From NCBI RefSeq assembly GCF_006345805.1, contig NC_043012.1:3224001-3288000 (forward strand): a stretch of 64,000 nt of DNA. Reading direction: 5' to 3'. How positions within the stretch are numbered: position 1 is the stretch's first letter; each line of letters begins with the position of its first letter. The translations under genes and the position numbers were made by a program. Positions 36,501-51,223 of this stretch are shown piece after piece. Source of the stretch: Octopus sinensis (taxonomy: Eukaryota). The notes under the pieces were generated by a model, which was not told the origin of the DNA, did no database searches, and was given only the letters and a program-made list of their open reading frames with translations.

Positions 36501-39500
36501 ATTGCTAGAACTGCCTGACTGGTCCTCATGCTGGGGGCACGTAAAAGCACCCACTGCACTCTCAGAGTGGTTGGCGTTAGGAATGGTATCCAGCTGCAGA
36601 AACTTTGTCAGATCAGATTGAGCCTGGTGTGGTCTCTGGCTCACCAGTCCTCAGTCAAACCGTCCAACCCATGCCAGCATGGAAAGCGGACGTTAAACGA
36701 TGATGAGCCTTCTGAATATGCTAATCTTCTACTATATAATATGCATATCAAACATGCTGTTGAGCATAAAATACCCTGTCATGATACTACACTAGTTTAT
36801 AAACAGTTTTGTCTTGACTTTTGTGAGAGAAGTTAGAAGCTAATGTTTTGCATTTCTTTAAACAATTTCATCCATTATAGGCCAGCACTGTACCTATGTA
36901 TTCATCTAACATTCATTTTAGCTACTGTCTAAACTCTTAAAGCAAGAATTAATGTATATGTCGAAATATATTCGAATTACTCAAAAAATACCTGTTGTAG
37001 ATGGTTGGAAATTATAAATCCAATGAAAGAAGTCTGTTTGAGAAACATTTCAGAACATTCTGGCAATCCTTGAAATCCAGTGTACCACATGGCAGTGAAA
37101 CATGGGCTGTGACCACTGACAACACGTGAAATGAATCCGGCATACTCTGCTGGATGGGTAATGTCAGTGTGCATGTATGATGGTGTAAGTGATTGGAAAA
37201 AAAAGTTGGGTATATAAAACATTAGATGTAGTGAACGATAAGATTGTGCTGATATGGACATATGATGCATATGGACGAGGACAGCTGCATCAAGAATTGC
37301 TAATCTCTAACTGAGGAAGGAACATGTGGGATGAAATTTTGAGAAAGGATCTTCAGATGTTGGGCTTCACTGAAGGGACAACAAGGGACTGAGACATTAA
37401 GCAGTGTATTGTGCTAGGGAAGACGCATGAAGCTAAGTAAAATTGTGGCCATTCATACATACAGGCTTGTCCTTTACATCCGTCTCTCAGCTAAGAGATC
37501 CTACTCTAGCAGACTCGCAGGTGCTGGGGCTGCATAAAAGCACCCGTACTAGTGACACATAAGAGTGCCCATCCAAGTTCCACATATAAACACATGTGCC
37601 ACTACTGCATAAATGTACATCCAAGCTGGTGCCATGTAAGAACATCCAAGCCGGTGCCATGTAAGAGCACTCGAGCCGGTATCCTGTTAAAAGCACACGG
37701 TACACTCTGTAAAGCCATAGAAACCATGCCTAAAACAGATAAACAAGTTCAGGCAGCCCTCCAACTGGCAAGTGCTGTAGCTGGCCAGCTCCTGCTGAAA
37801 CATCCAACCCATGCCAGCATGGAGAACAAACTTTAATTGGCAATAGTAATGATGATGACTTATCATTACTCAAATAATACTTTGAGATTTTTATGAACAG
37901 ACCACTTTCTCACTGAAAGACAGGTTAATAATGTCAGTAGATTTTGTAAATTCTAAGTGCACACTTCTAAAACAACACAATGGATAAATCTCATATTTCA
38001 ACATTTCTCAAATCGAAAGCAGTGAGTGCATTTATATGATTGAATCTATTTTATATTCCATTATAAACTAGTTTAATTATTTTAGTTCGAGTATTTCTAA
38101 ATTTTATAAACAGTATTTATCTACAATAATCTTAAATGCAATGTTTTTTCAATTACATATTAGACTGGCAAAAAAACCATATGATTACTTCAAAAACATC
38201 AATATTCCTGGCCCAGAGCCATGGTTCTTTTTTGGAAATATGTTACAACTCATGAAGAAGGTAGGTGGCATTGGAATTTTTCATACCCTATGTGTACCCT
38301 GTCCGATGGACTTAGATAGCTGAGTGATAAAAAAGTTATCATGTATACTTGCATATAGGTTGCACAATTTTTACCAAAACTTTTGATAAAATCAGGGCTG
38401 CAACTTATCTGAAGTTATCAATGGTCAAGTAGATTTATCAATCAGACTACCTTCATAAAGTCACTTCCACAAAATGTTTTAATATTTATAAGCAAAGTTT
38501 TGAAATAAAGATGTATATTTGATAATGTTTAAGAAATATTAGTTATATTTTCGTTATAAAGGGGGCCATTGTAACTCCTCAGATTATAGTGTGACCTACT
38601 TTGACAACCCCAAACTAAGGGTGCCACATATCTGCGAGTGTATACGGTAGTTAAAATTTTGCATTGTGATTGGTTTCTCAGCATTCTAAACATAATTGTT
38701 GTTGGTGTTGATTTGGCATTTATTAAAGTAGATATTTTTTATTTATTTCTTGTTATTTTTATATAATCTTACTCTTTACTTTAAACAATAAGGTTTAATG
38801 ATTGGTATTTTATCATTTTGATTCAGTAAAATCAGTACCAGTAATACACTGGAAACAATTCAATTTGACATTTTCCCTCACTTATAGAACTCCATCATCC
38901 TACATAACAATTTGAAAAGAATTTTTTAAGCCCGTATCAATGATCCAGAAGGGAAATTACAAGTTTTCACCCTTGCAAACAATTCCATCCTTTCACACTT
39001 CTTATGCCCTCATTGAAAACAGGAAATTACAACCTCGCATTTCCTTTCTATTTCGCTCCATGTCTTAAGATTGGTTTCAAGTTTTGGCATAAAGCCAGTG
39101 TTTCAGTGTTCACCTGGTACTTATTTTATTGACCCTTAAAGGATGAAGGGCAAAATCAATCTCAGTAGAATTTGAACTCTGAACATAAAGACACATGAAA
39201 TGTATTTTGCCTAGCATGGTAAGGTTTCTGCCAGCTTGCAGCCTTGATCCATGTCTTAATATTGATTTCAAATTTTGGTACAAAGCCAGCAATTTCGGGG
39301 GAGGGGATGAATTGATTACATCGATCCCAGCATTGAACTTGTACTTATTTTATCGATCCCAAAAGGATGAAAGGCAAAGCCAACCTCATTGGAATTTGAA
39401 ATTGGAACATGAAGACAGATGAAATGCCACTAAACATTTTGCCTGGCATGGTTATGATTCTGCCATGTCACTGCCTTGATCCATGTTTTAATATTAAAAG

Positions 39501-42500
39501 CAATGGCTTCACTTCACACCCTGGGGATAAATATTATGGAAAATCAGTCTTTCTCATATTCTTAGAATATCTCTCTATATATAAAACTGAGAATGTGTGT
39601 CTGTCTGTCTGTGTGTTTCCCTAAAACTTGAGAACTACACAACCAATTTCATTCAAATTTTACAGATGCCTTACTTAGGGTCCATGTAGTTTCATGGGCA
39701 AGAAAAATGTTCAACTTCTTACCTAGAGCGAGCCCATAGCCATATCATATCTTCTCCACTATTTCAGTATAATGTGTTAAAAGTGAAACAAAAACATTTC
39801 TCTATTTTATGTCAGATGCTTTCACAATAACAATTGAATTATATGTAGTAAGTAATAATTAAAATCAAACTAAAGTATAATATTATCGTAACATGAAAAA
39901 AAGTAAAAATAGCAATTGGTATAAAATCGCATCAATGACTTGAACTTGAATAAGTGGTTTCACAGGAATGGGAATAAATAAAAAATAAAATTTAAGTGCA
40001 GAAATGGAATAGTCCAGATGGAGCTGTGCACGGCTTTTACATAAGATTATTTGCTAATTAGCTAGCATTAAGTATCTATATGAAGTTTGGCTGTATGTAA
40101 TGTCTGTTTTCTCGAAAGATGCTTCAACTGAGTACCTGATGTATTGCTGTCAGAGTCAGACGTTATTATTGTGTGAAAGAGTGAAAAAAAAAAGCGAAAA
40201 ATTGTAGAAAGAGATGGAACAGGATCGAATTGCACGAGTCGCTTGTCGCTGTGTGTCGTTACTTTTTATAGAAGGAGCGTCGACCCTCGGTCATGGAGAC
40301 TTACGCGGGGGTTGCCGCAACGAAGAGTGGCACATCGCTTGTATTGTATATTTCTGGTGCAAAAGTATAAATTAGAATTCAATGTGTACCAATGCACTAA
40401 CAGTTACTGGTTAGATGTCAAATTCTCACATTTTAATAGTTTACATAATTTTTAGCATTTTCCTTATCAGCCACGGAAATTTCAAGGAAACTTCAAGGTC
40501 CCAATTTGCAATTATTTTGAGCTGTACACACTTTGCTATTTAGAAATGCACATATTTGAGCGCATGATATCCCATGAAGAAACTTACAAATGCTACAAAA
40601 AATACTATTCTTTTATTCGTGTCAGTCATGTGGCTGTGGTCATACTGGAGCATTTTCTTCTTTGTACTTTTTAAAATTTACCAACCAGTAGAAACTCTTC
40701 GTTTTCTTGGTTTATATGTGAGTGTGTGTGTATGTGTGTGTGTATAATATTGATTTCAAATTTTGTGTTTGATTGGTACTTATTTTATCAACCCTAAAAG
40801 GGTGAAATGTAAAGTCAATGGTGGCAGAATTTGATTGTACTCTTTTATTCCAGAAGTGTTCTCCACACACCCATTTTCTGCTGCTTAATCCCTCCCACTC
40901 CATTAATTTTTTCTTTACTTTGTTTCTTTATAATAATATTGTGATTGGATCTTTATGTAAATGAAACTAGATTTGTTTATTAATACAGGACTATTCATAA
41001 AAATATTATCTTGGAGGAATGAAAAAACAAGTATTTAAACCTTTCTATATTGAAATTGTAATTTAGTTATTCTTTTTTAGGGAATGGCAAAGTTTGACAA
41101 AGAAATGAAACAGAAATATGGAAAAGTATTAGGGTATGAACATTTTAAACAGTTTATATCTCATTCTGATGTGATGACTAAATGTGTACATTTATTGTTT
41201 ATTCCTCTTGAAGTGCAATTGGGGTCTTGAAAATAGATATATATGAATTTTAGGATAGTTAAAATATGTTAGTGACACATTCCAACTTACAAAGGCAAAT
41301 TCACTGCAGTTGCAATGGGGAAAAGATTCTCTCTTATGTTAAAAGTGTAAAAACCTTTTGTCATAAGCACATTTCTGGTTCTTTAGCCCTCCTCAATAGG
41401 GAAATACTACAGAGACATAACCCTAGGCAAATTCAGAGCCATAGCTTTAACCAAATAATGCAGTGAACATCAGTGACTACCTTGCATGAGTGGATGGAAT
41501 GAAAATAGCAGTATCAGCACGAGGCAGTGATTAGGAATAGATGAACCTTAATTTAGTTAAAATATTTTTGCCACATATTTCAGCTTCAAAAGGCAAATTC
41601 ACTGCAGTCACCATGGAGGAAAATAATTCTCTCTTATGATAAAAGGTGTAAAAACACCATATCAATTCAGTGCTTCCATCTAGCAGATTCCCACATGCAC
41701 GCTTCTAGCTCTTTAGCCTTTCTCAGTGTGTGTGTGTGTGTGTCAGTGTTAATGTGGCTGGTCACATCAACTGCAGTGCCTGATTTGGCTCCTTGTCCAT
41801 AGCCTGGATACATATACATACTGGAATGCTTCCACACTCACAGGATCGTAAACACATGCACACCACATACATACACATGCATGTCCTTTCATATTTGGTA
41901 ACAGTGTCGGGGATTTATGACCATGTGTCCAGTGCAGTTGTATTGCCAGTGATATTTCTGTTTCTCTCATATTTTCTATTAATCATTGATCGTTGTTGTT
42001 CCATTAGAAATGTAGCTTTATTTAATTTAATTTAATTTTAATCTTTAGTAAATATTTTCTTCTATTCTTTTATAGTTATTTCTTCTTAATTGTTTTATTT
42101 CCAACTTTAAATATGCTAACAGTCACTTTTTTTGATGCAGATAGTGTTGTGGACATTTTACTGTCCATCCTGTCGACACAAAAACCAATCATGTTATAAG
42201 TTCCGGAAGATATACAATGCAATTTTGTGAACAGATATGAAAATTTGAATTGTAATTTTCCTATGTTTTCTTACTTTTACAGATTTTACATTTGTAATCA
42301 ACCTCATATACTCATCAGTGACCCAGAAATGGTTAAAGAAATTTGCATCAAACAATTTGCTGTATTTACAAACAGATACGTAAGTTTACTTTTTAAAATT
42401 TAAGATGTTTTACATCCAGACATGCATCTAAATAACATAAGCTTTCTTTTCTTGCCTCATTTACAGATTTTCAATAAGATGTGGACCTACAGCTGAATAG

Positions 42501-45500
42501 CATAAGAGGGAAGTTCTCCCATTGAGTTGGCCATAAGAAATAAGGAGTGAGAGATATTCATGTTGGAGAAGTCTGTTGATTATGAGAGTTTCCATTCTGT
42601 TTGTGCCTAGGTCATTTTCTCTGCTGAAATTCTGTGGCATAGCCCAAAATGAGTGAATGATTTTGGGTACTTAAAATTATGAAATTTCGTTGTGTGTGGG
42701 ATGTGGAGAAATATACTGAAGAAGATGGTTTCAGTGAAAAGATGAGTTGTTTCTGATAGGTTACAAGTACATGTGTCATCATGCATATTTAGAATATGAA
42801 TTGTAGAACCAGTTGACTTGAAATGTTATGGAGTTGGAGATCTGAGGATAGATGCATAGTACATAGATATGTAATGGGTAGTTGTGATAAGGAAGAGACC
42901 TTGCCTTGAGATGGGAACAGAGTCAATTTTGGTTTGGCAGTGGTTGGGCGTGTGGCTGAAAACTAAATTGATGGTACTTGAAGTATTCACGTGTTGAAAA
43001 GAGACAATTGTTGAAGACAAAACTAACTGATGTAAAAGATTTACAAATGTAAAATATTCAGTTACTCCACTGCATTATCAGCATATTCAGATGAATGTGA
43101 GAACCAAGAAGTATTTGTGAGTGATGATGGATTATTATGGGTTATTATGAGATATATAATTCTCTTACCACTAAATTGATACAAAGTTAGTGTCTGATAT
43201 GGCAGAGGTTGGGTTTGTAAATGAAAGAAACATCAAGTGTATGTGGAGGATTTGTGTGTTGATCATAGTAATTACCAGGGATGAGAGTAACTGAAGTTAC
43301 ACTTGTGAAAATTCAATTCCTCTCCCAATTGCATCAGTGTGATGGGATGATTGTATCAGGCGAGAGGTGTTTGTGAGTGAGGATATCAGTATGGATTATT
43401 ATGACATGTATAATCCTCTGGCCATGATAAACATGCATTTATCACAAACATCTTTCTTTACACTTGTTCAAGATAAAGGCTGATGGAATCAATTGAATCT
43501 TCCCTCCAGACTTCTAGCAGTAAACATGGTCATATCATCTCTGATAGCAATGTTGATAAAATTCAACAACACTAAATTGTTTAATCATCATTCATGGTTC
43601 TTAGAATAAACTTTGTACATGTCTGAGATGACAAAGCATTTGCCATGACCCTAGGGTAATGGGTTAATTTCTAGGTCCTCATCAATTACCAGGATCATTG
43701 ATTTTCAATTACTTGGATATTAAGCTAATATGACTATAGCTTTTACCAATGCAAAAAGATTTTATTCACTGACAATGTTGTTTGTCAGTGGATTATCCTC
43801 ACCAAAATTTGATTTGCAGATTGAGAAATCTTTTTGACTTTTCTCTTTTCCCCTCAAAATGTGACATATTTCTCCACTTTTCTCTCTATTTTCATTTCAA
43901 AGTAAAATGGAATTATTTCTTTGTAATATCTTCTTCATGGTGTTTTCAAATTTTATTGCTGCAGAGATTTCTTAGAAAACTTTGATCAGATGTCACATGT
44001 TCTTTATAGGATATGTTTCCACCAGACAGAGTTGGGGATAAATTCCTAAGCTTTCTCACAGACTTACATTGGAAGTTTGCCCGTACTGTACTACTCCCAA
44101 CCTTCAGTACCAGTCACTTAAAACAGGTAAGATCAATTCTATTTAATTTCACATAGTCTTAATTTTAATGAAAATTCTGTTCTTTTATTCTAAATTTAAA
44201 ATATGTTGTTAATACATTTAAATATTATTTTTCCTTTCCTTGAATCATTAGTTGATAAACAAGAGGCTCTATAGCTTTGGTTAAAGGTAATAAGCTGTAA
44301 TTATCTAACAAATCATAATGTTAATAGTTTTACAAAGAGCATCTGTTGTGTCAGGGCAAGACTCCTCTTTACAGCAAACTCAGATATTGTTGCTACCAAG
44401 CTTATTTTCCATATACTATATGGAGAAAGTCTTCAATGCTGACACATTGACTTAATAAAAGCCTATAAGATATACGTTTTCATCATAAGATTTCACTACA
44501 TTTATTTATGTCAATTACATAACTTTATAATTGTGTTGGGGAGAATGAATTTGATTCAACTAATTAATATACCTTTTTTCTAATGGCCTAATTAGGAGGA
44601 TTGATCTTTACAAATGTTTGCTAGCTTTCAACGACCTGAGGTATTAATGTATTTCAGTAATTCAATGACTGATGGGAAAGGAAGGGTAGGAAATGAATTC
44701 CAGATTATTGGTTCACTGGGAAAGCTATTGGACTGAATGGTTAGTGCATCTCTTAAAGAAAAGATACAGTAGGTGTGACAAGAGGAGGTGTTTCATGTGG
44801 CATTAAGCAGAGATAGTATACAACAACTAGCTTCTGTAAGAAGACCAATGTAGACCGTAGATGTAGTGAGAATTGTTAAAATGAGGAGATAACATGAATC
44901 ATATTTTCAAGAATTATTAGAAAATCAACTGTCTTAAATGTCTACAGCAGTAAAACTAAAACCATGAGAAAAGAATAAGAACAATTTTGGGAATTTCAAT
45001 TTCTTTCAGACAATGGGAATTATGAATAGAGTTGCGAAAAACCTGGAAGAAAACTTTTCTCTTTTTGCTGACAGTGACAAAGCTGTTGAAATGAAACAGT
45101 GAGTGACTCTGTTTAAACTGGTTTACTTTTGTGTTGTTCTTGTTGTTATGTGTAAGTATGTAAGAGTGTTTATGTATTGATGTCAAATAAAGTGTTTATC
45201 CTTAACCAAGTTACACAACCATGTTTGTATAAACTATTATAGCATCATCATCATTCTTTAATGTCCATTTTCCATGCTGGCATGGGTTGGACAGTTTGAC
45301 AAAAGCTTGCAAACCAGAGAGCTGCACCAGGTTCCAGTCTGATTTTGCTTGGTTTTTACAGCTATATACTCTTCCTAATGCCAACCACTTTACAATGTGT
45401 GTAGGGTGCTTTTAGCATGGCACCAACACAATCGCTTTTATATGGCACCCGCACAGGACTTTTGCAGGCCAATCCCCTTCACCAGCGAATGCTACCATAA

Positions 45501-48500
45501 CACTTCTGCTGTGGAGGATAGGTCTTCTTGAGTACAGCAAGGTGCCAGGTATCTTGGTCCTTTGTCTTCTCTTTCTGAAAGGTTCAGCATTCTGAAGCAG
45601 AGTAAGGATTGTACTGTCTATGCCAAAAAGCACCAGTGTAGGTATCTGACCCATTCAAGTGAAAAATTACAAGTAATTTGTTAATTTTATAATAAGCAGG
45701 AAAAAAGAAATCATGTCTTTCTCACTATGCATGATAGCTTTGTATTTGGAGAGAAAAACTGGAATTGATACATTTCCAATAATTATAATCAATGTAAGAT
45801 ATGTGAAATAATTTAACCTGTAAATTGAATCTATACCATCACGTCACATACTAGTAGCATAGCTTTTGTTTTAAAATGTACTCAATGCACAACAATAGTT
45901 CCCAATTAAAATGTATTTAAAAGAGCAGAACAAAGTGAGTTTTAGTATTATTTTAGTTTCTTATTTCTCTATTTTCATTTCAGAGTATTTTCATGTTACA
46001 CAGTTGATATGATTGCATCTACTGCGTTTGGCATCGAAGTTAATTCACAGAAGAATCCAGATCATTCATTAATAAAATGCTTTGACAAATTCTTTTATGT
46101 CAATTTTTATGACCCGATCACTTCTGTTCAAAGTAAATATTTACTTGTTCTCTTAAGATATGTTATTGAATGAATATGACCTCATTGTTGCTAACTGTGT
46201 GTATTGCAGTGACACACATCATGTGTGTGCTTGTATCGATGTATGTTTAAATGAGTTTCGGTATGCGTGTGTGTGTAAATTTTAACCTCTATACATTAGA
46301 TAAAAGACTGTATTTATGTTAAGTGTACAGAAAAGAAAGAAAAGCCAAACTCAGACATCATTGCAGTCATTTTCATCTCTCACTGAACGATGCTTCAGCT
46401 AGTTGTTGTTAATTTATCTATGCTATATGTTGGTGCACCTGTCTATATGGGCAGATAACAGGTTGGAATGAGCACTCCTGTGCTCAGGTGTTCTGCCCTG
46501 ATCAATGATGCCTAATAACACAGATAATATCACAATATCCCTTTATTTTGGTCACAAAATAATTTGAAATTAATCTCCTTTTTTGGCTTTATCTCTCTAT
46601 ATATAAAACTGAGAATGTGTGTCTGTCTGTCTGTGTGTTTCCCTAAAACTTGAGAACTACACAACCAATTTTATTCAAATTTTACACATGCTTTACTTAG
46701 GGTCCATGTAGTTTCATGGGCAAAAAAAATGTTCAACTTCTTGCCTAAGGCGAGCCCATAGCAATATCATATCTTCTCCACTATTTCACTATTACATGTT
46801 AAAAGTGAAACAAAAACATTTCTCTATTTTATGTCAGATACTTTCACTTTAACAATAAAAATTAGAGATAATAATAACAATTGAATTATATGTAGTAAGT
46901 AATAATTAAAATCAAGCTAAAGTATAATATAATCGTAACATAACAAAAGTAAAAATAACAATTGGTATAAAATCGCATCAATGACTTGAACTTGAATAAG
47001 TGGTTTCACAGGAATGGGAATAAATAAAAAATAAAATTAGTGTGCAGAAATGGAATAGTCCAGATGGAGCTGTGCACATACCGTTTACCACAGCTTTTAG
47101 ATTAGATTATCTGCTAATTAGCTAGCATTAAGTATCTATATAATGTTTGGCTGTATGTAATGTCTGTTTTCATGAACAGCCGCGCTTACTAAGTACTGCT
47201 GTTGGTTTATTCTTATACATAAAGGACTATAACTTCAACTGCGCACTGCTTTTTGATTCACCGTAAGGTTTGTTGTTATTATTATTACTGTTTAACTATT
47301 GTTATCACATTTGTTGGTTCCTCGTAAGGGAAACGTTGTTGTGTTGCATTTGCTAAATAATTGTAAAATGTAACCCTCCCCCTTTGGGAGAAGGAGCTTT
47401 GGTTATTGTTTAAAAATTGAATTATGTCCTTGTTTGGGGAAATTGACAATATTTTCACCATTTATACGGAAGCATTTTTGTTAGAATGCCTTTGATAGGA
47501 AAGTCCAAAAATGAATTTCGCTGCAGCCGTTGGCGGGCGTGAACTTATTTAAATTAAAATGGAAGACATACAAACCTATTTCGGATTGATCACCGACAAA
47601 GATGTGAATCTACGATAACACCACCAAACGAAATAAAAAATTAAATTAAAGAAAAGACTATTGTCTATAAAGTATACAATGTAGAGAAAAAAAAAAGATT
47701 TAAACACCTGGAGGAAAGCACCATGGAAAAGTGTCTTGGTGCGACCATGAAAGATATCTAACCAGAGGCAGTAAATTCGACACAATAGAAGCAAGGTTCA
47801 AGTCAACGGAGCGTGCAAGAGAGTACTCGACTCGAACCTCGCAAAGTGGAAATATTTTATTTTTACCTTTATATCTAGGACGTAGGACGTCCCGGATAAA
47901 AATTTAAAATGTCCCCCCAGAAGTAGAGGTAAGCTGGATTGTAGCCACACTTCTAAACAAGAGGGAGGACAAGATACAATTGATCGAAATTGCAAGAGAC
48001 AGGCCTACAATTCCAGTCTGTTATATATTTTGAGTATTGTTATCACTAGTGATATCAAGATATAACTTTGTATTTTGTATTTTATGTGTAGATGTATATA
48101 TATAGATGTACATGTAATATGTATACATATATATATACACATATATACATGTACTAGCACTATGACCCGGCAACGACCGGTCATAATGCTAGTATATGAA
48201 TAAATCATTACACTTCACTCTTCAGATACATGAATTATAAAACACTAACCTTTTGAAACTCTCTAGAAAGTCTTAAATTGAAGCCTTTTGTTTTCTCTCC
48301 AGAAAATTCCACTTTCTATTGAACAAATCTAGAGATAGCAAGGCACCTAGCCTATCTTTCATTGCATTTACAATATTTACCTCTACAAAATCAACACAAA
48401 ACAGGCAAAAACAGTTTCATCTGAAATAGAATGTAAGCTTGTTGAGGACATTTGGATCTGTTTTAATTGTTGATTTCACTAAAAACAAAGGAACTCTCAA

Positions 48501-51164
48501 TAAGTTTCTAGTTTTGATCAGTGAGTTTATTTATTAACATGTATATCATTCGTTTCAAGAAAATTGCTAAGGTTTATTGGTTTATTACATGGAATACAAA
48601 TTTTTATCGCCAATATAATCAACAGTACTAATTAGACTGAGCATTTGTTGTTTCAGCATTATTTCCAGTAATTCCAAAAATTCTGGGTACATTCGGAATC
48701 AAAAGTAACTTTTCCAGTTCATTGCAGTCTCTCGCTAAGTTTTCCAAAGATGTTATAGCAGAACGGAGAAAAAATAAAACGGTAATATTTGAAATTTATT
48801 TAATGTTATTGAGCATTTCATAGTATGTTTTCAGTCAATGTGTTTTAAAATGTTTTTTATAACCAGCAAGAAAAACATTTTTTCTAGTGAGGAAATGAGA
48901 TTAGACAGTGAGAATTAGAATTATATACTGTCTACTGAAAAATATGAAATATATGTTCTGCATTTCCTTATTACAGTTTCTATTTAACTGAATTTACAAG
49001 AAATTGAAAAGGAGTTTTCTATGTTACTGCTCTGTTCATCATATGTCTATATGATACCAAAATGCAATTTTGCTATATCACGATATACATCTCATTCATA
49101 TTAATGTTCCACTTGTCCAAAAAAATCTACCAGTAAAATCCAGTGATTGGATATTTCTAAAATTAGTACTTAGAATGCCTAATATTTATATTAAAACCTC
49201 AGTAATTTTATTCAGCTGTTTAATATTTCTAGATTTTCTTGTTGGTTTTAGGTAAGACATGATTTTCTCCAACTTTTGTTGGATGCAAAACTTGAAAATG
49301 TTGATAAAATTGATGATGATATGAAACACGAACTGGAAACACTCACATTTGAGAACATGAGTGACTGGAGGTCAAAAAGAGGCAAGTAAATTTTGATTAT
49401 TTGAAATATAGGTTTGATATACAAAATATATATGAACACTTTAGATGCAGTATTCTGCAGAAATTCACTGAGAAAAGACCAAAGCCTTATTAAGTGGGAA
49501 AACAGATGAATCACAAATCCCTTCAAGGAGACAGCCCTGCTCAATATGTAAGAAATGTGTTAGTAGAAACTACTTAGTGCAAGCTTTGAACACATTGAAG
49601 GTGTAGTGGTGTCATGGGAAGTTTAACAGAGAAAATAGACTTTGCGTGTAGCAAATGTGTGGGTACAATAAACACTAAGAATGTGCAGAGAACAGACTTC
49701 CTGCAATGCCCAGGAATCCTTAGAAGTAGTAGATAGCTTCTGTTACCTTTGAGACCAAGTTAGCAGTGATGGAGGAAGCTCTAAAAGCATAGTTGCTAGA
49801 GTAAGAATAGGCCGGGTAAAGTTCTAAGAGCTACTACATTTGTTGGTAACAAAGCACTTCTCCCTCAAAGTGAAAGGCAGATTGTATGATGCCTGTGTAT
49901 GTACAGCTATGCTACATGGCTGTCAAACATGGGCTATGACTACAAAGGACATGCAAATCTTGAAGGAAGTAAAGCCAGTATGCTCCATTGGAAGGGTAAT
50001 GTCAGTGTGTACATAGAACAGAGTGAAAATGACTTTTGCAAATCAACATCTGCAGAAAATACATGAGCAGGGAAGGGATTTTAAAGGCACAATAACTAGT
50101 GTTGGATCTATTGGGGTTGGGCAGAGAAAGAGGGAAAAAGAAATGAGTAAATCGGAAATGCTCAGAGGAGATGGTATGAGCCTAACTTGCTCAAAGAAGC
50201 AAGAATCATTTTAGTAGCAAAAGGAAAAGCTGAGGAATATAACTCAGCATGTCTTTGCTTCAGAGGCTGGAGTCTGCTTGTGAGTTGGGTGACTTTTTTG
50301 TGGACAATGTTTAGGATGTCTATATATGTGTGTGTGTAGTAGTACCAGCACCATATTTGATATGTGAGCAATATATAATGGATCTCAGTGAGAATATTTG
50401 GGCATTATTAAGATCTGATAAAATAAATATTCTAATACATTAGAGTTTTGTGTCTCATCAGCTAAATATGAATAGTAATGATCTGTGGGCACACCATATT
50501 TCATTATGCAACCATAATATACTACAAAGTATATTAAACATTTTGATAAGTCAATACTGTGTTCTACTGTGTTAGCAGTGCTACGACATCACTTAAGGTT
50601 AAGGTCATGTCTTGAGATTTTCTGTAGAAAATACAGCCAGCACTTATTTTGCTATGACATTTCATATCCCTCATGCCTCATGTAAACAACAATGAGATCA
50701 AAGATGGAAAATCAGTAATGGGCGTGGATGACATATTCCAGGCATTTTTTCTCCTTAATCAGCACCCATCCAACCCATTAATCATCTACAAACACATTGC
50801 TTAACCCTTTTGTTATTATATTCCTGTTGAGATACTCTGTGTTTCTTTCAATTTATTTAAAATATAACGAAGTATTTAGTAAAATAACTTAGTTATCATT
50901 AAACTATAGTTAGGAACATAAATTGTGACTAAGGTTTGGTGGAAGACTTTTATTCAGAACATTTGAAAACAAGACATTTGTACTACAGATCCATAGGCAG
51001 TTTCAGCTGGGTTGGTATCAAAAGGGTTAAATATGTATGTATATATATGTATATATATATATATTATTTATTTATTTAAATGAATGCAATGCATCCATTC
51101 CCAAGTATGATTGTATATATATATATATATTTACACACACATATTTATAACTGTGAGTATAATG

Positions 51165-51223
<59 letters not shown>

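Noticed and set aside
42467-42510. Acceptor-like ttacAG shortly after exon 4 as exon 5
   Set aside because: In-frame stops and no WxxxR; the true exon 5 is at 44010.
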